Origin: Geosiphon pyriformis uo1
Taxonomy: Eukaryota > Fungi > Glomeromycota
Length of the DNA stretch: 64,000 bases
Direction: 5' to 3'
NCBI GenBank assembly: GCA_016748015.1
Contig: JAAOMT010000009.1
Coordinates: 2,291,861 to 2,355,860, forward strand
The notes below the pieces were generated by a model. The model saw nothing but the letters and a program-made list of their open reading frames with translations, was not told the origin of the DNA and did not search any database. The position numbers were made by a program, and so were the translations under genes. Shown piece by piece: positions 1-11,685 of the stretch (position 1 is the stretch's first letter; each line of letters opens with the position of its first letter).

Positions 1-1974
1 TGCTTCAAATTCGAATGAGAATATATCTGAAAGATTGGTATTTTGGGCAATTTGGGTTAGTAGAATAATATTGTTGAAAGAATTTGATTTTGGTGTTACA
101 ACTTCATTTTCAGAAAGTGCAGTTTGTTGAAAATCCGATTCTTCAGACATTGTAAGATAGCTGGGTTAAGTGTAATAGTGATTTGGTCTTTGCTGACCAG
201 AATTTCGGGAAACTAACTAGTTATTTGGATTGATTCTGAATTGATTTTAAGGTGTGAATTGGTTATGTTAAACCAATCTTCTGGCTGGTACTTGATATTG
301 TTAAGTGGGTGGTGTCTAATATTGCTGAATTGGTAAAGGTTGCTGATATTGTTGCTGCATTGGTTGTGGAGCTGGTTAATAGTAACTGTTTTAATTTTGT
401 GGTCTTGGTAAATAATAAGTTGGTGGTAGAGATTGATAATAGGATTGTTGTGGTAAAGGGTAACGTTGATTACTCCTGTTTTGTTGGTCTCTCTGTAATT
501 TTTTACAATCTCATTTCCAGTATCCTAAAATCTCACAATAATGACAATTTTTAGGTTGGTTGTTGAATGGTGATCCAAAGTTGTTTTGGTTGTGTCATTG
601 TGATGGTTAATATCTTTGTGGTTGCTGCTGTTGTTGTTGATTTGTAAAGTAGTTTTCAACCTTCTTTGTGAGTTGGTCTATCTTTTTTTCAGCTGCTGAG
701 CTGGTTTTTCCAATAGCTAGGTTTACAAATTTGATGTAGTTTGCTTCTTTCATTGCCATTTTATAGTTCTTTGCATGTCTAATGGCAGTTGCTAAGTCTT
801 CTAGAATATGTGGACAAACTTTCTTAATGAGTTTGTCTTTTAATTCTGCTATGAACTAATCCAGAATCTGGGTATTGGAATAGTATTTATTGGTTTCCAA
901 TTGTCAAATTCATCGAAGAAGTTTATTGAATCTTCCAAGATAAGTCATAATAGTTTCAGATGTTTTTTGTTTGATATTGTGAAAGCAATTGTGAAGAGTA
1001 ATAAAGGTATTGTTGTCAGTGAATTGTTATAAGAAAGCATCTTTGAATGCTTGCCAGTTCTTAAATAGTTCTTCTAAGTTTTCAAACTATTCTTGTGCAG
1101 TTTTTTGGAGAAAATATGGGATTGCTTTAAGCATTCTTGCTGTATTCTAACCATTTACATCTCCTGCTTTTTGAACTTTGTCAAGCCATTTTTGAGGACT
1201 GGTATTATTGTTTTCACCAGTAAATTCTGAGATTTTTGCAATATAAGCAGTTGCCATTTCTTCTTCATTTTTTGTAGTTTCTTCTTGTTCTAATTTAGTT
1301 TCTTCACTTTCCAAGTTTTTTGATTGATTACTTTTGTTTTCTTGTAAGTAATCAATAATATTGGTGCTTGTTAATATGGGTTCCTGTTGTTGAGTAAGAC
1401 TTTTAGGTGACTAAAAATTTTTTAGTCTTGAAAAATAGATAAGTGGTAAATTTGGTGTTTGTGATTGAGCAAGTAAAATTAGAAATAGTGTAATAAAAAG
1501 TGGTAATTTAACACTGGTTCTTTGTTCAGGTGTTTGCAAGTGTTTGGCAGTTGTCTTTGGTAGTATTGAAGTGTTTGAAGTGGTTCTTGAGTATTGTTTC
1601 ACTTTTTGTTTGCCTTTGTTGCTTGTTTCTGTTTCTGATTCAAAGTCAAGAAAGTATTTGAACTGTACTGGGTATTTTTTTTTACAATACTCAATAATGT
1701 TAAAATTAAGTTCTTGAAAGTAGGTAGCAAGTGTTTCACTGTTCAGATCTTCTATTCCCAATTGTGAATAGTGCACTAAATTATTGTAGAGATTGTTTCT
1801 AACTTCTGAAATGTTGTAGTTTCCAAAAAAATAGTTGTTGATGCAATTTTTAATGTATTGGTATAGTGATTTTTTGAAAATTTCAATTCTGTCTTGGATG
1901 TTGAATCTTTGCTTGCAGTGTGTATAGATTAACTGGTAATACTTTAGAGTTGTTGTATCTGGTGTGATCGCCAC
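1..1974 (-). pseudogene. gag: Decayed gag of A1 (N-terminal domain, capsid, zinc-knuckle region)
   Basis: ORF 1411-1974 matches 45432 onward. The capsid-like stretch near 1100-1260 matches IPEFTGEDNDTSPQEWLDK of A3. Many stop codons. Confidence 0.88.
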
Positions 1975-2019
1975 TTTGAATATATTGTTGCTGTGTTATT
2001 TTTATGAGAGAGCACCAAA

Positions 2020-2992
2020 TGTTATCAGAGGTTTTTGGTCTCTTTTCTTGAATGTTGTTTAATATTGATTTGCTGTGAATTCATGTTTTTAGAAAGTAGT
2101 TGGATCTCCAATAACTGAATTTATCTTCAAATTATCTCCTATAATTTGAACTGTTGGACTTATAAGTGGAATGAATAATTTCATGCCAGTTATTTTGTGT
2201 AGTTATGTTGTAGTAAACATCAACTTTTTCCCAGAAATTGCTTGTCTGGAAGCTCACTAAAATGTGTAGTTACTTTGTTGTAAAAGTCAACTCTTCTACA
2301 AGAATCTTGTCTGTAGGCTATCCTAATGATTATAATAAAAAAATAAAAGAAAAATAAAAGAAATATAAAAGAAATAGAATTGTGTTAAGAGAAACGTTTT
2401 TTATTCAGGCCTGGAGTTATTAACAGATTATTGAAATTAGTAGTTAATCAATTTTAAATCATTAGTTTTGTGTTGAGAAAATTTCAAGTGTAATAATCAA
2501 AAAATTTGGTTTTTGAATATTTAATTTTTATTTGATTTTGTAAAAGATGATTTGTTTCAATTAAGATATCTAAAGTAAGATACTATAATAAAATACTATG
2601 AGAAGATACATTTTCTTAAAGAGAAAAGCTCTTTTTTTATACAATTTATTGTAGTACTAGTCTTTGAACTTACACTTTTCTCTTTGCTACAATTTGGGTG
2701 AACTAAAGATATATTTTGGCAAATTATAAGTTATTTTACTGAACTATTAATTATTTTAGCCAATTTTCATTAATTTTGGCAAATTTTGACTATGTTAAAT
2801 GGTTTAGGGTATTGTGTAATTTGATCATCTTAATTTCTAGAATACAAATTGAATTATTAATTAAGTAATAATTTTTGATAATTTGATTAAATAACAAGTG
2901 ATAATCAAAATAATAATAATATATGCTAATTAATAATAGGAATTATGAGGGTAATTTTATGCTAATTAATAGTTAGAATTCTACTAATAACA
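2020..2992 (-). repeat. 5' LTR of A1
   Basis: TGTTA at 2020 and TAACA ending 2992. Homologous to 19617-20586, 44417-45385 and 53331-54524. Confidence 0.9.
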
Positions 2993-3262
2993 TTATAATC
3001 AAGAGTTATTGTTCCAGTATAATTAAGTGTTGAATATTATTAATATAAAGTGTCAATAATAGAGAGTTAAGTCAGATTTTCAATTAAGTAATAGTAACAT
3101 ATATAAAGTAATAATAGATATGGTTTTATTTAATCTTTGATGATTTTTACTTCAGTTAATAATAACTATTCTTAAAGTGATGAAGGAGAGAAAAAAATGG
3201 GAATTTTTATCCTAAGTAAAAAATTCGTACTTTTCTTGTTTCTAATGCTACTACTATATATA
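2993..3262 (-). repeat. B-type LTR D, left segment (interrupted by A1 on the left and Tc1 on the right)
   Basis: AAGAGTTATTGTTCCAGTATAATTAAGT matches B1 LTR near 25164 and 34467. Ends CTACTATATATA, the motif CTATATATACATAATT of B1 LTRs. Confidence 0.75.
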
Positions 3263-3360
3263 CAGAGGGGTATAAAAAGTATTAAACACTTTTATAATAT
3301 GTTATATAAAAAAACTAAATTATGAATTGTTAATTTTTTATTATTATATTAAAATACATG

Positions 3361-4292
3361 TTAGTATTTTGTTTGACCCCCATTTGCTTTAAGAATAACT
3401 TGAACTCGACGTGGCATAGACTTGATCAAATTATAATAGTAATTTACAGGTATCATATCTCATTCTTCCTTAACCCACTGTTCCAATTGTACAATATTTG
3501 AGGGTTGTGAATTACATTGACAAATTTTAACTTCAATATATGACCAAAGATTTTTTATTGGAGTAATATCAGGACTTTGTGCTAGCCAAAGAAGTAATTC
3601 AATATTTGAAGAGATAAGAAAAGAATATGCGACTTTTAATATGTGAATTGGTGTATTGTCTTCCTGAAAAAAAACTTTTTTTTAGTTTTTTTTGCATGAA
3701 GTTTTATCATAAAAATTGCATAATTAGCCAAGGTTTTGTGGTGTATAACTCCAATAATATAACCAATCAAAGGAACTAAAGGACCCAAACCAACTCATGA
3801 AAAACATCCCCAAAACATGTGACCAAAGCTTTTTCTAACTGTGGCCGTAATACAATCCTTATGAAAGTTTTCAGAAGATTTATGTCATACACGTCCAAAT
3901 CCTGTAGTCCTAAATTGTGTATATGTAGATTCATTTGACCAAACAATTTGTTTAAAATCTTTTACTGTCCAATTTTCATAAGTACAAGTCTATTGTAAAC
4001 ATTTTTTTTTATTTGATTTGAAAATTAATGGCTTGAGACAAAGAATGCATAAGCAAAATCCTTCTTGAGCTAATCCATTTCGAATATTTTATATAGAAAT
4101 AAATTTGTTAGTATCTTTAATAAAATTCAATCATATTTGAGAAAAAGTTTGGCAGCGGGTTTTTTTATTCTCCATTATTGAATATTTGAGTTGTTCACGT
4201 GCACATTTGTCAAGAATTTGTGGTTAGCCCATTCATTTTTTAGGAAGTTTTTTTAGCTTATATGACTTCCATACATGTATTATAGAAAGATG
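3361..4292 (-). pseudogene. Tc1 transposase, C-terminal part (second HTH and DDE domain)
   Basis: Manual translation gives IVWSNESTY, MFWGCFS, FQEDNTPIH, WLAQSPDITPIKNLW and LIKSMPRRVQVILKANGGQTKY*. There are 34 residues between the second D and the E position. First D is now N and E is now K. Confidence 0.93.
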
Positions 4293-4421
4293 AGTTTTTT
4301 TCTCTCATTGATTCCCTGACCACAACAAAAGTGAAAGATAATTTTAAAGAAATTGCTTTTTTTTTCCCTCTCCCCTCAATCCCTGTTAACTATTTCTTCT
4401 AACTTACCTTTATTTGTTGCA

Positions 4422-6297
4422 ATGGAACCAGTGGACTTGTCTGCTGGTGGTTCTGGTTCGGGTTTGGCTGGTTTGAGGACCCGCCAGAATGTTAAAAACA
4501 AGCGTATTGATACAGTCTATTCCCATGGTGTGTCCTACAAGAAGCCTAAAAAGCCTGCAGCTGGCATTTTGGTTGAGTTGTCTGCTGGTCTTCTATGTTT
4601 GGAAGATTTGGCTGGTAATGATGGTAACCTGGTCACATCCTGGGGAAGCAAAATGGATAGTGTTTCTGGCAGTGTAAGTAGTCTTTCAGATGTCAAGAAT
4701 TTGGAGAACATGATTGCTGAGGAGACAAGCTATGTTGATTCAGATGAGGATGACAAAATGAATGAGACTACGCCGCGAAAGACTTGTACTGAGATGTATG
4801 TATTGGAACAACCTCTTAAGGTGCCTCTATTTGCTACTATGAATGATGATGATGACAATTCCGTGTTGCCACCTCCTAAAATCAGTGGGTCCAATCAGCT
4901 GCCCTTTTCTAAATCATGTGTTCTCAAAAGTCATAGTTTCAGGCCAGTAAAATCAAAAAATTTTTTACAAAATTAATGGTTTTGGGGGAGCTTCAACTCC
5001 CTCAAAATTTCCTGGTGTTATTCATTCAACTTTCACAAATGAGTATAGTTTGATTAAGGCCAGGAAAATGACAGTCCATAAAAAAATTGCAGTCAATAGT
5101 GATCTTAAAAAAACAAACATTTGTTCAAATTGGGAAGTGATTGTTAAGAAGATCCCAGTTGATCTTCCAAAGTTGGCTGTGGAATCTGTTTTTTCTAAAT
5201 TTGGCAAGATCGTTTCCATCAAGATGCAATTGATTGGTCTTTGGCAAAAGGCCTTGATTGAATTTGAGTCATCAAAAGTTGCCAGTTTGGTCACTTCTAA
5301 GTGGTCTGTTCTTGTAAGAAAAGATTTGGTTTGTGTAGCACTGGCTGTCAATGATAAATAAACATGGATGTCAAGAAATTGTCATCAAGCTTTGCTCTAT
5401 ACTCTTTCAGTAGGTACTTCAGCCCATGATCTGTCAGAGTTGTTGGTATCATATGGTGGGAAGACTTGTTTCATTGGCTGCAATCTTGGTTCATATATCT
5501 GTGATCAGTGTGCAATTATTTGTTTTGAGAATAAGGATGCCAGATTGGCTGCTGTTAGTACTGTTCCAATTTTCAAGGGTATTAGTTTGCATTGGGCTAG
5601 TCTTGTTTTGGCTAGCTGTACCAAGTATAAACAGTTTGGTCATATCACTACCAACTGTTCTGTGAGTGGAAGTTCTGGTGTTTGTAGGAAAAAAGTGGTT
5701 TCTGATCAGGATCGGGTTCATTTGGCTGGTATATATAAAAAGAAGTTGGCTCCTATTGCTCGTCCAGTTTTGTTTGGTAGCAAAACATGGGCCCAAGTTG
5801 CTAGTGACATCTCTTCCCATGTGTCTCTTTCTGGTTCTCCTGGTTCTGGTTTGTGTTCTGGTTCAGTTCCTCTTTCAGCAGTCTCTGATCATCTTGTTGT
5901 TTTCCATTTGAGTGATTGTTTGGCAGTTTTGGAATGCTCTTTGGAGGTTTTGGCTGACCGTGTTTCTAGCATCTTGATTAGATTGGATTCCTTTGGTGTG
6001 GTTCTTTTGGTTCTTTCTTCCCTGGCCCCCTCTTCTGTTGTTTCTGCAGCTTTGAGTTCTGAAGTGGACTCAGATATGATTGTGGACAATGCTTTGAGTT
6101 CTTCTAATATTACTTCTCTTGTTACTATTGATGCTGTTGTTGACTTTAGCACTAGTAGTTCTAAAGTTCTTACTGCTAAAGTGGGCAGTTTGGAGACAAA
6201 ATTGGTCGCTTTGGAGGCTTCAGTTGGTTTGGTTTTGGATAAGTTAAATCTTCTGTGCTCTGCTTTGGGTCTGTCAACTTCCACATCATCTCAATGA
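4422..6297 (+). pseudogene. LINE1 ORF1 (RRM-like domains, CCHC knuckle, C-terminal coiled-coil-like segment)
   Basis: ORFs 4353-4976, 5050-5361 and 5368-6297. RRM-like VIVKKIPVDLPKLAVESVFSKFGKIVSIKM. Degenerate knuckle CTKYKQFGHITTNC. Confidence 0.85.
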
Positions 6298-9200
6298 CTC
6301 ACTTAATTTGGAAGATTGCCACATATAATATTAAAGGTATGAACATTTGTGCAAAGCAGGCAGACATTGTGCATTGGCATAAAGATATGAACAATATGGT
6401 TTTTATTGTCACTGAAACAAAGTTGAAGGGAAAAATTTGCCCTTGGATCACTGATAAGTTTGATGGTGTTTGTGTTTTTACTTCTGGACTGGATTCTGGT
6501 CACATGGGATCTGGTGTTGCAATCATTTTGGACTCTTCTTTGGCGAAACATGTGTGTAAAGTTTCAGAGGTGTCTGGTCAGCTTCTGTTGGTTAGATTGC
6601 TTTTTTAAGAACAAATTCTCTGTGTCTATTCTGGGACTGTATGCTGGTGTGTCTTTAGCAGTTCATTTTTTTCAGGCTGGTAAGGTTAACTCTCTCATTG
6701 CTAAGACTGTGAATGAATCCTCTTTTGTTATTCTTGGTAGTAATTTTAATGAGAATGGTTCTTACAAGTGTGCGAGTTTCAAAAAATGTTTCGATTTGAG
6801 TTTGATTAACTCTCTGGAGGAGAGCTTCTTCGTAAAGTCACCCACTTGGTGCAATTTTTATGGCGTCACTAAAATGATTGACTATGTGCTTATTTCTTTT
6901 AATTTGGTTGGTGCAGTGGTGAATCATGGTGTGAATGACATTGAAGACTATTTTGATACTGATTACAAGACTATGTCTGTTTCTGTAGGACTGGGAGGCC
7001 TGCTCAATGTCAAGTTGAACTCATTGCGTAAACAAGCAAATAGAAATTGTTGGAAGTATGATATCAGAAATGCCAATGAGGTTAAGTGGTCTGAGTTCAG
7101 GAATGCTATGGCTGCAAATGCTGTTATGTTCTCGGATAAGTTTGTTTCAGCTAAGCAGTTTTTTGATCTGGATGCGATGTGGAGCATTGTTTGTAAGATT
7201 ATGGTTCTTTCAGCTGGTGGAACGTTCAAGAAAAAATGGTTTAAGGGTTTTGATTGTGTTTTTAATAAGGTGTCTTTCCGGTTTCATAAACTGGAGCTAC
7301 TAGTGTCTAAACTGGTAAAGGCTTCTCAGTTGGTTTTTGGCAGGGATTTTGCTTTATTGTTAGATACTTAGTACAGGCTTGATTCTGTGAGTGCTTTACC
7401 AGTGAAGTCTCTGTTTCTTTCTGGCTCCAGTTTTAATACGATCCATTCTGGGCTGGCTAAGGCGAGGAAGTCTTACCACTCTTCTAAGTTGTTAGAATCT
7501 AAGTGTGCTAAAGAATCTTGTATAAAGCAGGCTATTGAAAGGAGGATGAAAAGTTTTGAGATGAATAAAAGTCATATTATTAGGAGTGTTTTGGAGTGTC
7601 CTTTTCATAAAGTGGTGTTGGATCATTTGGTAGATAATGGGGAGTTGGTCTTGGAGCCTGAGTTGGTTAAATCTAAGGTGGATGAAATCATGGAGGGTTG
7701 GACCAAAAAATGTGTGGTGGCTTCTGATATTTCTGATGACTAGGCAAAACAATTTCAGTCTTTGGATTATGTCTTTGATGGTGCCTTTTCTAATGTGATA
7801 CATTCAATCGGTTTTGATGAAATATTTGGTGTTATTTCAAATTTGCCTGATGGGAAAGTGGCTGGTCTTTCTGGTATCACTAATGAACTTTGGAAATGCT
7901 GTAACAAGTCAGTCTTGGATATGCTTTTGGTGCTCTTGAATTTTTGTTTAGATCATGAGTTAGTGCCTAAATCTTGGAGGGAAGCATGAGTTTCAATGAT
8001 TCCTAAACCATACGAGTGGGAGGAAATTCTTATAAATACTTGCCCCATTGCTTTGATTGAAACAGCTCATAAGGTTCTTTTCAAGATCCTTTCAGACTGG
8101 ATCTCTTTGGCTTGTAGCACTTTTGATGTCCTTTGTGAGGACAATTTCTCTGTTCTAAAAGGTATGTCTACACAATCACCTATCTTTGTTATTGGTTCAG
8201 TGATCGAAAATGCTTTGGAAAAGAACCAAAAATTGTGGCTGGTTTTACAAGATATGCGCAAAGCATGATTCTGTGGGTTGGAAGCATCTCAAGAGGAGTT
8301 TGATCAGGATCAAAATGTGTGACAAATTCATCAGATTTTTTGGTTGTATTCATAATGGTCACACAAACAGAGTAATGATGGATTTTGGTTTGACTGATGG
8401 ATATCAAATTCACAATGGATTGGATCAAGGAGAGGTTTTTTCGCCACTTCTTTGGCACATATTTTATGACCCACTCTTGTATAAGGTTAAAAGACAGGAG
8501 AGCATTTGTGGTTACAGGTTGATTTCTCATTTTGTTTCTAAGACTGGCCGGGTAGAATCTCAGGCTGGGCTGACATTGTTTCTGGCCACTAGTGCTTTTG
8601 TTGATAATACTATCTAAGTCAGTAACAGCCAGACTGCTATACAACACATCCTTAATGTTGCTGGTAATTTTTTTTATTTAAATAACATTTCAATAAACAA
8701 TGACAAAACTATGGCCATTCCCATCAACTGTCGGGTTACTGCTCCTTATCTAACCATCTGTGGTCTGCCAATCTCCATTGCCAGAAGAGGTAAACCTCAT
8801 CGTTATTTAGGAATTTTTTTATCTTCTGATGGTCTTTCAAAGCCCAGCTTGGTTAAGACACATTCAGATGTTTGGTTTTTCACCAATTACATTCTAAAAA
8901 AAGTTGTTTCAGATAAACAGTTTGCTTATTTGGTGTCTTTAGTTCTCTTTCCTATTGTCAGCTACAGAATTCAGTTCAGTTATATTCCTCTCAGTGTGTG
9001 TAATAAATAGGACATTTTGATTCACAAGGGCCTGAAATCTAAATCTGAGCTGTCTCTGGACTTTCCCAATAATGCACTTTATCATCCTTCTTTGTACAAT
9101 TTAAAGACTTTTGAGCAGATTCAGGCTGAAAGCAAGTTGGCTTCTGTCATTGCTTTTGTGAATTTGTTTGGTGTTTTGGGTCGCTTGTTCTCTCATAGGG

Positions 9201-10948
9201 CTCACGATTTCCAGGTTCTTAGCTGGCATCCTCGTTACCCTTTGTTGTTTCCAGTTCATGTTAAAGTTAGCCCTTCGAACAACTTTTTAGCAGGTGTGGT
9301 TCGTATTTTTTCTGGGTGTGATTTGTCTTTGGGTGATTCTCTGGCCAGTGCTTTTTGTCTTCAGAGCAGTACTCTTATGTCTCTAGTTCTTGGCAAGACA
9401 ATTTTCTTCAAATGTGTCTCTTCCCTCAGACATTATGGTATTGCTTTCATAGAACAGCTTTGTAACCAGAATGGCATTGTTTTTGACTAGAAAACTTTCA
9501 AGCATTGGAAAAGACTAGACCTCCGTGGCCTGGTCCCCTCATGATTTGATCTCTTGATATATTTTCTTGGTGGTGTAGCTTCTCCTTCTGGTCGTTCTCC
9601 TTATGAGGGTGTTTGTGGCTCTTTTAACATTCATCAGTCTCTTAATTTTGGTGTTATTTGTAATAATCTGTTGAATGTTGGTGCCGCCCACCTCTCTATA
9701 TACACAGATAGATCTCTGAGTAACTTAGACACTGTTGACATGTTGGCTGGTGCTGTGGTTTTCTTTGAGAACATTGATTTGGGTCTGGGTGTGGGGGTTT
9801 TTGGTTTAGTTTCTTCTATTTTGGCGGAGTTGCAGGCCATTGCTTTAGCTCTTGAGTGTATTCCTTCTTTTTGTTTGGTTGACTTGTTCTTGGACAGCCA
9901 GATGACTATAGATACTTGCAAGTTGGAGTCTTTATTGGTTGGCCCTAATTTCAGGAATTGTTGTTGGATTGAGCATTATCACATTGCCAATGTTATTCAT
10001 CGCAAATATTTGGATGTTAATTGGATTAAGATTAAGAGCCATTCAGGTGTTTCAGGCAATGAGCATACTGATGCACTGGCTAAGAATGCTGCCTTTTCTG
10101 TCTGGCATCTGTCTTACTTGGTCAGTGAGAGATTTTTGAAGGCTGGTGTTGATACAGTTTCTGGTAATTTGAGGCATTTTGTTCATAACATATTCAAGTC
10201 AATCCATTGCGCACATTGGGAGGTTGGTTCTGGTTCCCAGGTTGTTCCAGATTGTTTGCGTATAGCACCCGGATTCTCACATGGTGACTGGTTTTATTAG
10301 TATTCGGATGGCTGGCTTTCGTACATATTTCATGAAAGCTCTTCATCATTGCCTTCCTGTTGCTGTGTAAAAGCGTCTGTATAATAGGAGTTATTCCAGT
10401 GTAGTTTGTTTGTTCTGTGGTGAGGTTGAAGTCTCAGACCATGTTTTTTCTTGCTCTTCTGATGCTGATAGTTACACCGGTTTGTTGGACACTTATGCAG
10501 CTGCCTGGGAGGTGTGTTTTGGTCTGTCTTGTTCTTTTTTGTGTGTATCGCAGTTGTTGTCGACTTGCATTTCAGATGTGACTATCAGTATGACCCTGTG
10601 TAAAGGCTTTGTTTTTGGCAATTGGTATTGAGAGTCTGTTTCTGTTTACAAGGATCCTAAGATGGTAGTAGTTAGTGTTATGAATTTTGTACATGAGTTT
10701 TGTCTTGCATTTTGTGATAATATCTGGCTGGTCTATGTGAAACACTGGGCCATTATGGAGAAAAATAAGCTGATTCTATGTGATGGTTCTATTCCTGTCG
10801 CTGTTTCTGGTTTTTCTACATGGCTTTTGGCTGGGTGATCAAGTTATTGGGTGTTGCTGATGCACTTGGCATCAGTTTTGGGTATCGTAAGCGTTGTTTG
10901 TTTTATGCAGGTGTTGGTGACATGGTTTCTGTTCATATAAGTGCGTAG
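6294..10948 (+). pseudogene. LINE1 ORF2 (APE endonuclease, RT, RNase H, C-terminal zinc finger)
   Basis: APE: KIATYNIKGMN, VTETKL, IDYVL. RT: PIALIE, LQDMRKA, GLDQGEVFSPLLW, AFVDNT, RYLG. RNase H: YTDRS, AELQAI, DSQ, IKSHSGVSGNEHTDALAK. Zinc finger: CLFCGEVEVSDHVFSC. Stop TAG at 10946-10948. Confidence 0.93.
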
Positions 10949-11083
10949 TGTTGTTTTGACTAGTCTGAGTGTCTGGTCACATGTAGCAAAGGCATGATTC
11001 ATGCCTAGTTTAGATCATTTGTATGATGTATAGCATTAGGTGGCATTTGGACTTCACTCATTAAACTTTAATAAAAAAAAAAA

Positions 11084-11202
11084 ATTACAGAAAAATGTGA
11101 ACATCCAATAGTTGTAGAAATCTCATTGTTTGTATGTTCTAACTTTATTGCTAAAATAATCCCTCTTTTTTGGTATTCAGAAAGTTTTTTTCCAAAACAC
11201 AT
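11084..11202 (-). pseudogene. Tc1 transposase, N-terminal HTH part
   Basis: ATG at 11202 gives MCFGKKLSEYQKRGIILAIKLEHTNNEISTTIGCSHFSV. It joins IHVWKSYKLKK once the LINE and one TSD copy are removed. Confidence 0.82.
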
Positions 11203-11421
11203 TTGATGTGGTAAATTTTTTCATGACAAGAATGTTTGATATTTTATATATATACATATGATCCACTGTTGTGTTTTACAAGGACGTGATTTATGTTGAT
11301 TTGTAGATTATAACTATAAGTAATTATAAAAAAAATTATGGCTTAAATTGGTAATGGTATTACTATATATAGTCTTTTTTATATATTATATTAAGTGTCC
11401 AATACTTTTTATACCCCTCTG

Positions 11422-11685
11422 TACATAATTTTCTTTACATGAGAAATCTTTTTTCTTTGCTAAATTTCTTACAAAATTTTTAATTTCTTGAAACATCCAG
11501 GATTTCCTGAAAAATTCTCAACTTTTCTGAAATATCTTGGATTTCTTGAATAATCCTGAATTTTCTAAAACATTCAAGATTTTCTGAAAAATCTTTTTTT
11601 TTCTTCTTCTATTCTAATTGGCTAATGTGTTTTTTTTCCTCTTTTTAATTATGTATTATTTTTTTCTCTTTTTCTAAGTATAACA
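11422..11685 (-). repeat. B-type LTR D, right (U3) segment
   Basis: Starts TACATAATT, continuing the interrupted TATA-like motif. Contains TTYYTGAAA-type short repeats and ATTGG. Ends TAACA at 11685 with no PPT beyond, so it is a 5' or solo LTR. Confidence 0.7.

Larger units (their letters stand above)
1..2992 (-). mobile_element. Ty3/Gypsy family A copy A1, 5' part (5' LTR, PBS, gag); continues beyond the left edge
   Basis: Reverse complement is collinear with A3 at 44417-47400. LTR end TAACA is followed by TTTGGTGCTC (2010-2019). Gag begins MAITPDTTTL. Confidence 0.93.
4293..11083 (+). mobile_element. Full-length non-LTR retrotransposon LINE1 (ORF1 plus APE-RT-RNase H ORF2, poly-A tail)
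   Basis: 14-bp TSD ATTATAGAAAGATG (4279-4292) and ATTACAGAAAAATG (11084-11097). AATAAA runs into poly-A at 11070-11083. Two ORFs. Confidence 0.95.
3263..11421 (-). mobile_element. Tc1/mariner DNA transposon (Tc1, DD34E), about 1.36 kb without the nested LINE
   Basis: TIRs CAGAGGGGTATAAAAAGTATT(AA/GG)ACACTT at 3263-3291 and 11393-11421 (27 of 29 match). TA duplication at 3261-3262 and 11422-11423. Transposase remnants on the minus strand. Confidence 0.95.

Noticed and set aside
4945-4965. Frame change in LINE1 ORF1 as programmed frameshifting
   Set aside because: LINE2 has about 20 additional codons here in one continuous frame, so LINE1 carries a simple deletion.
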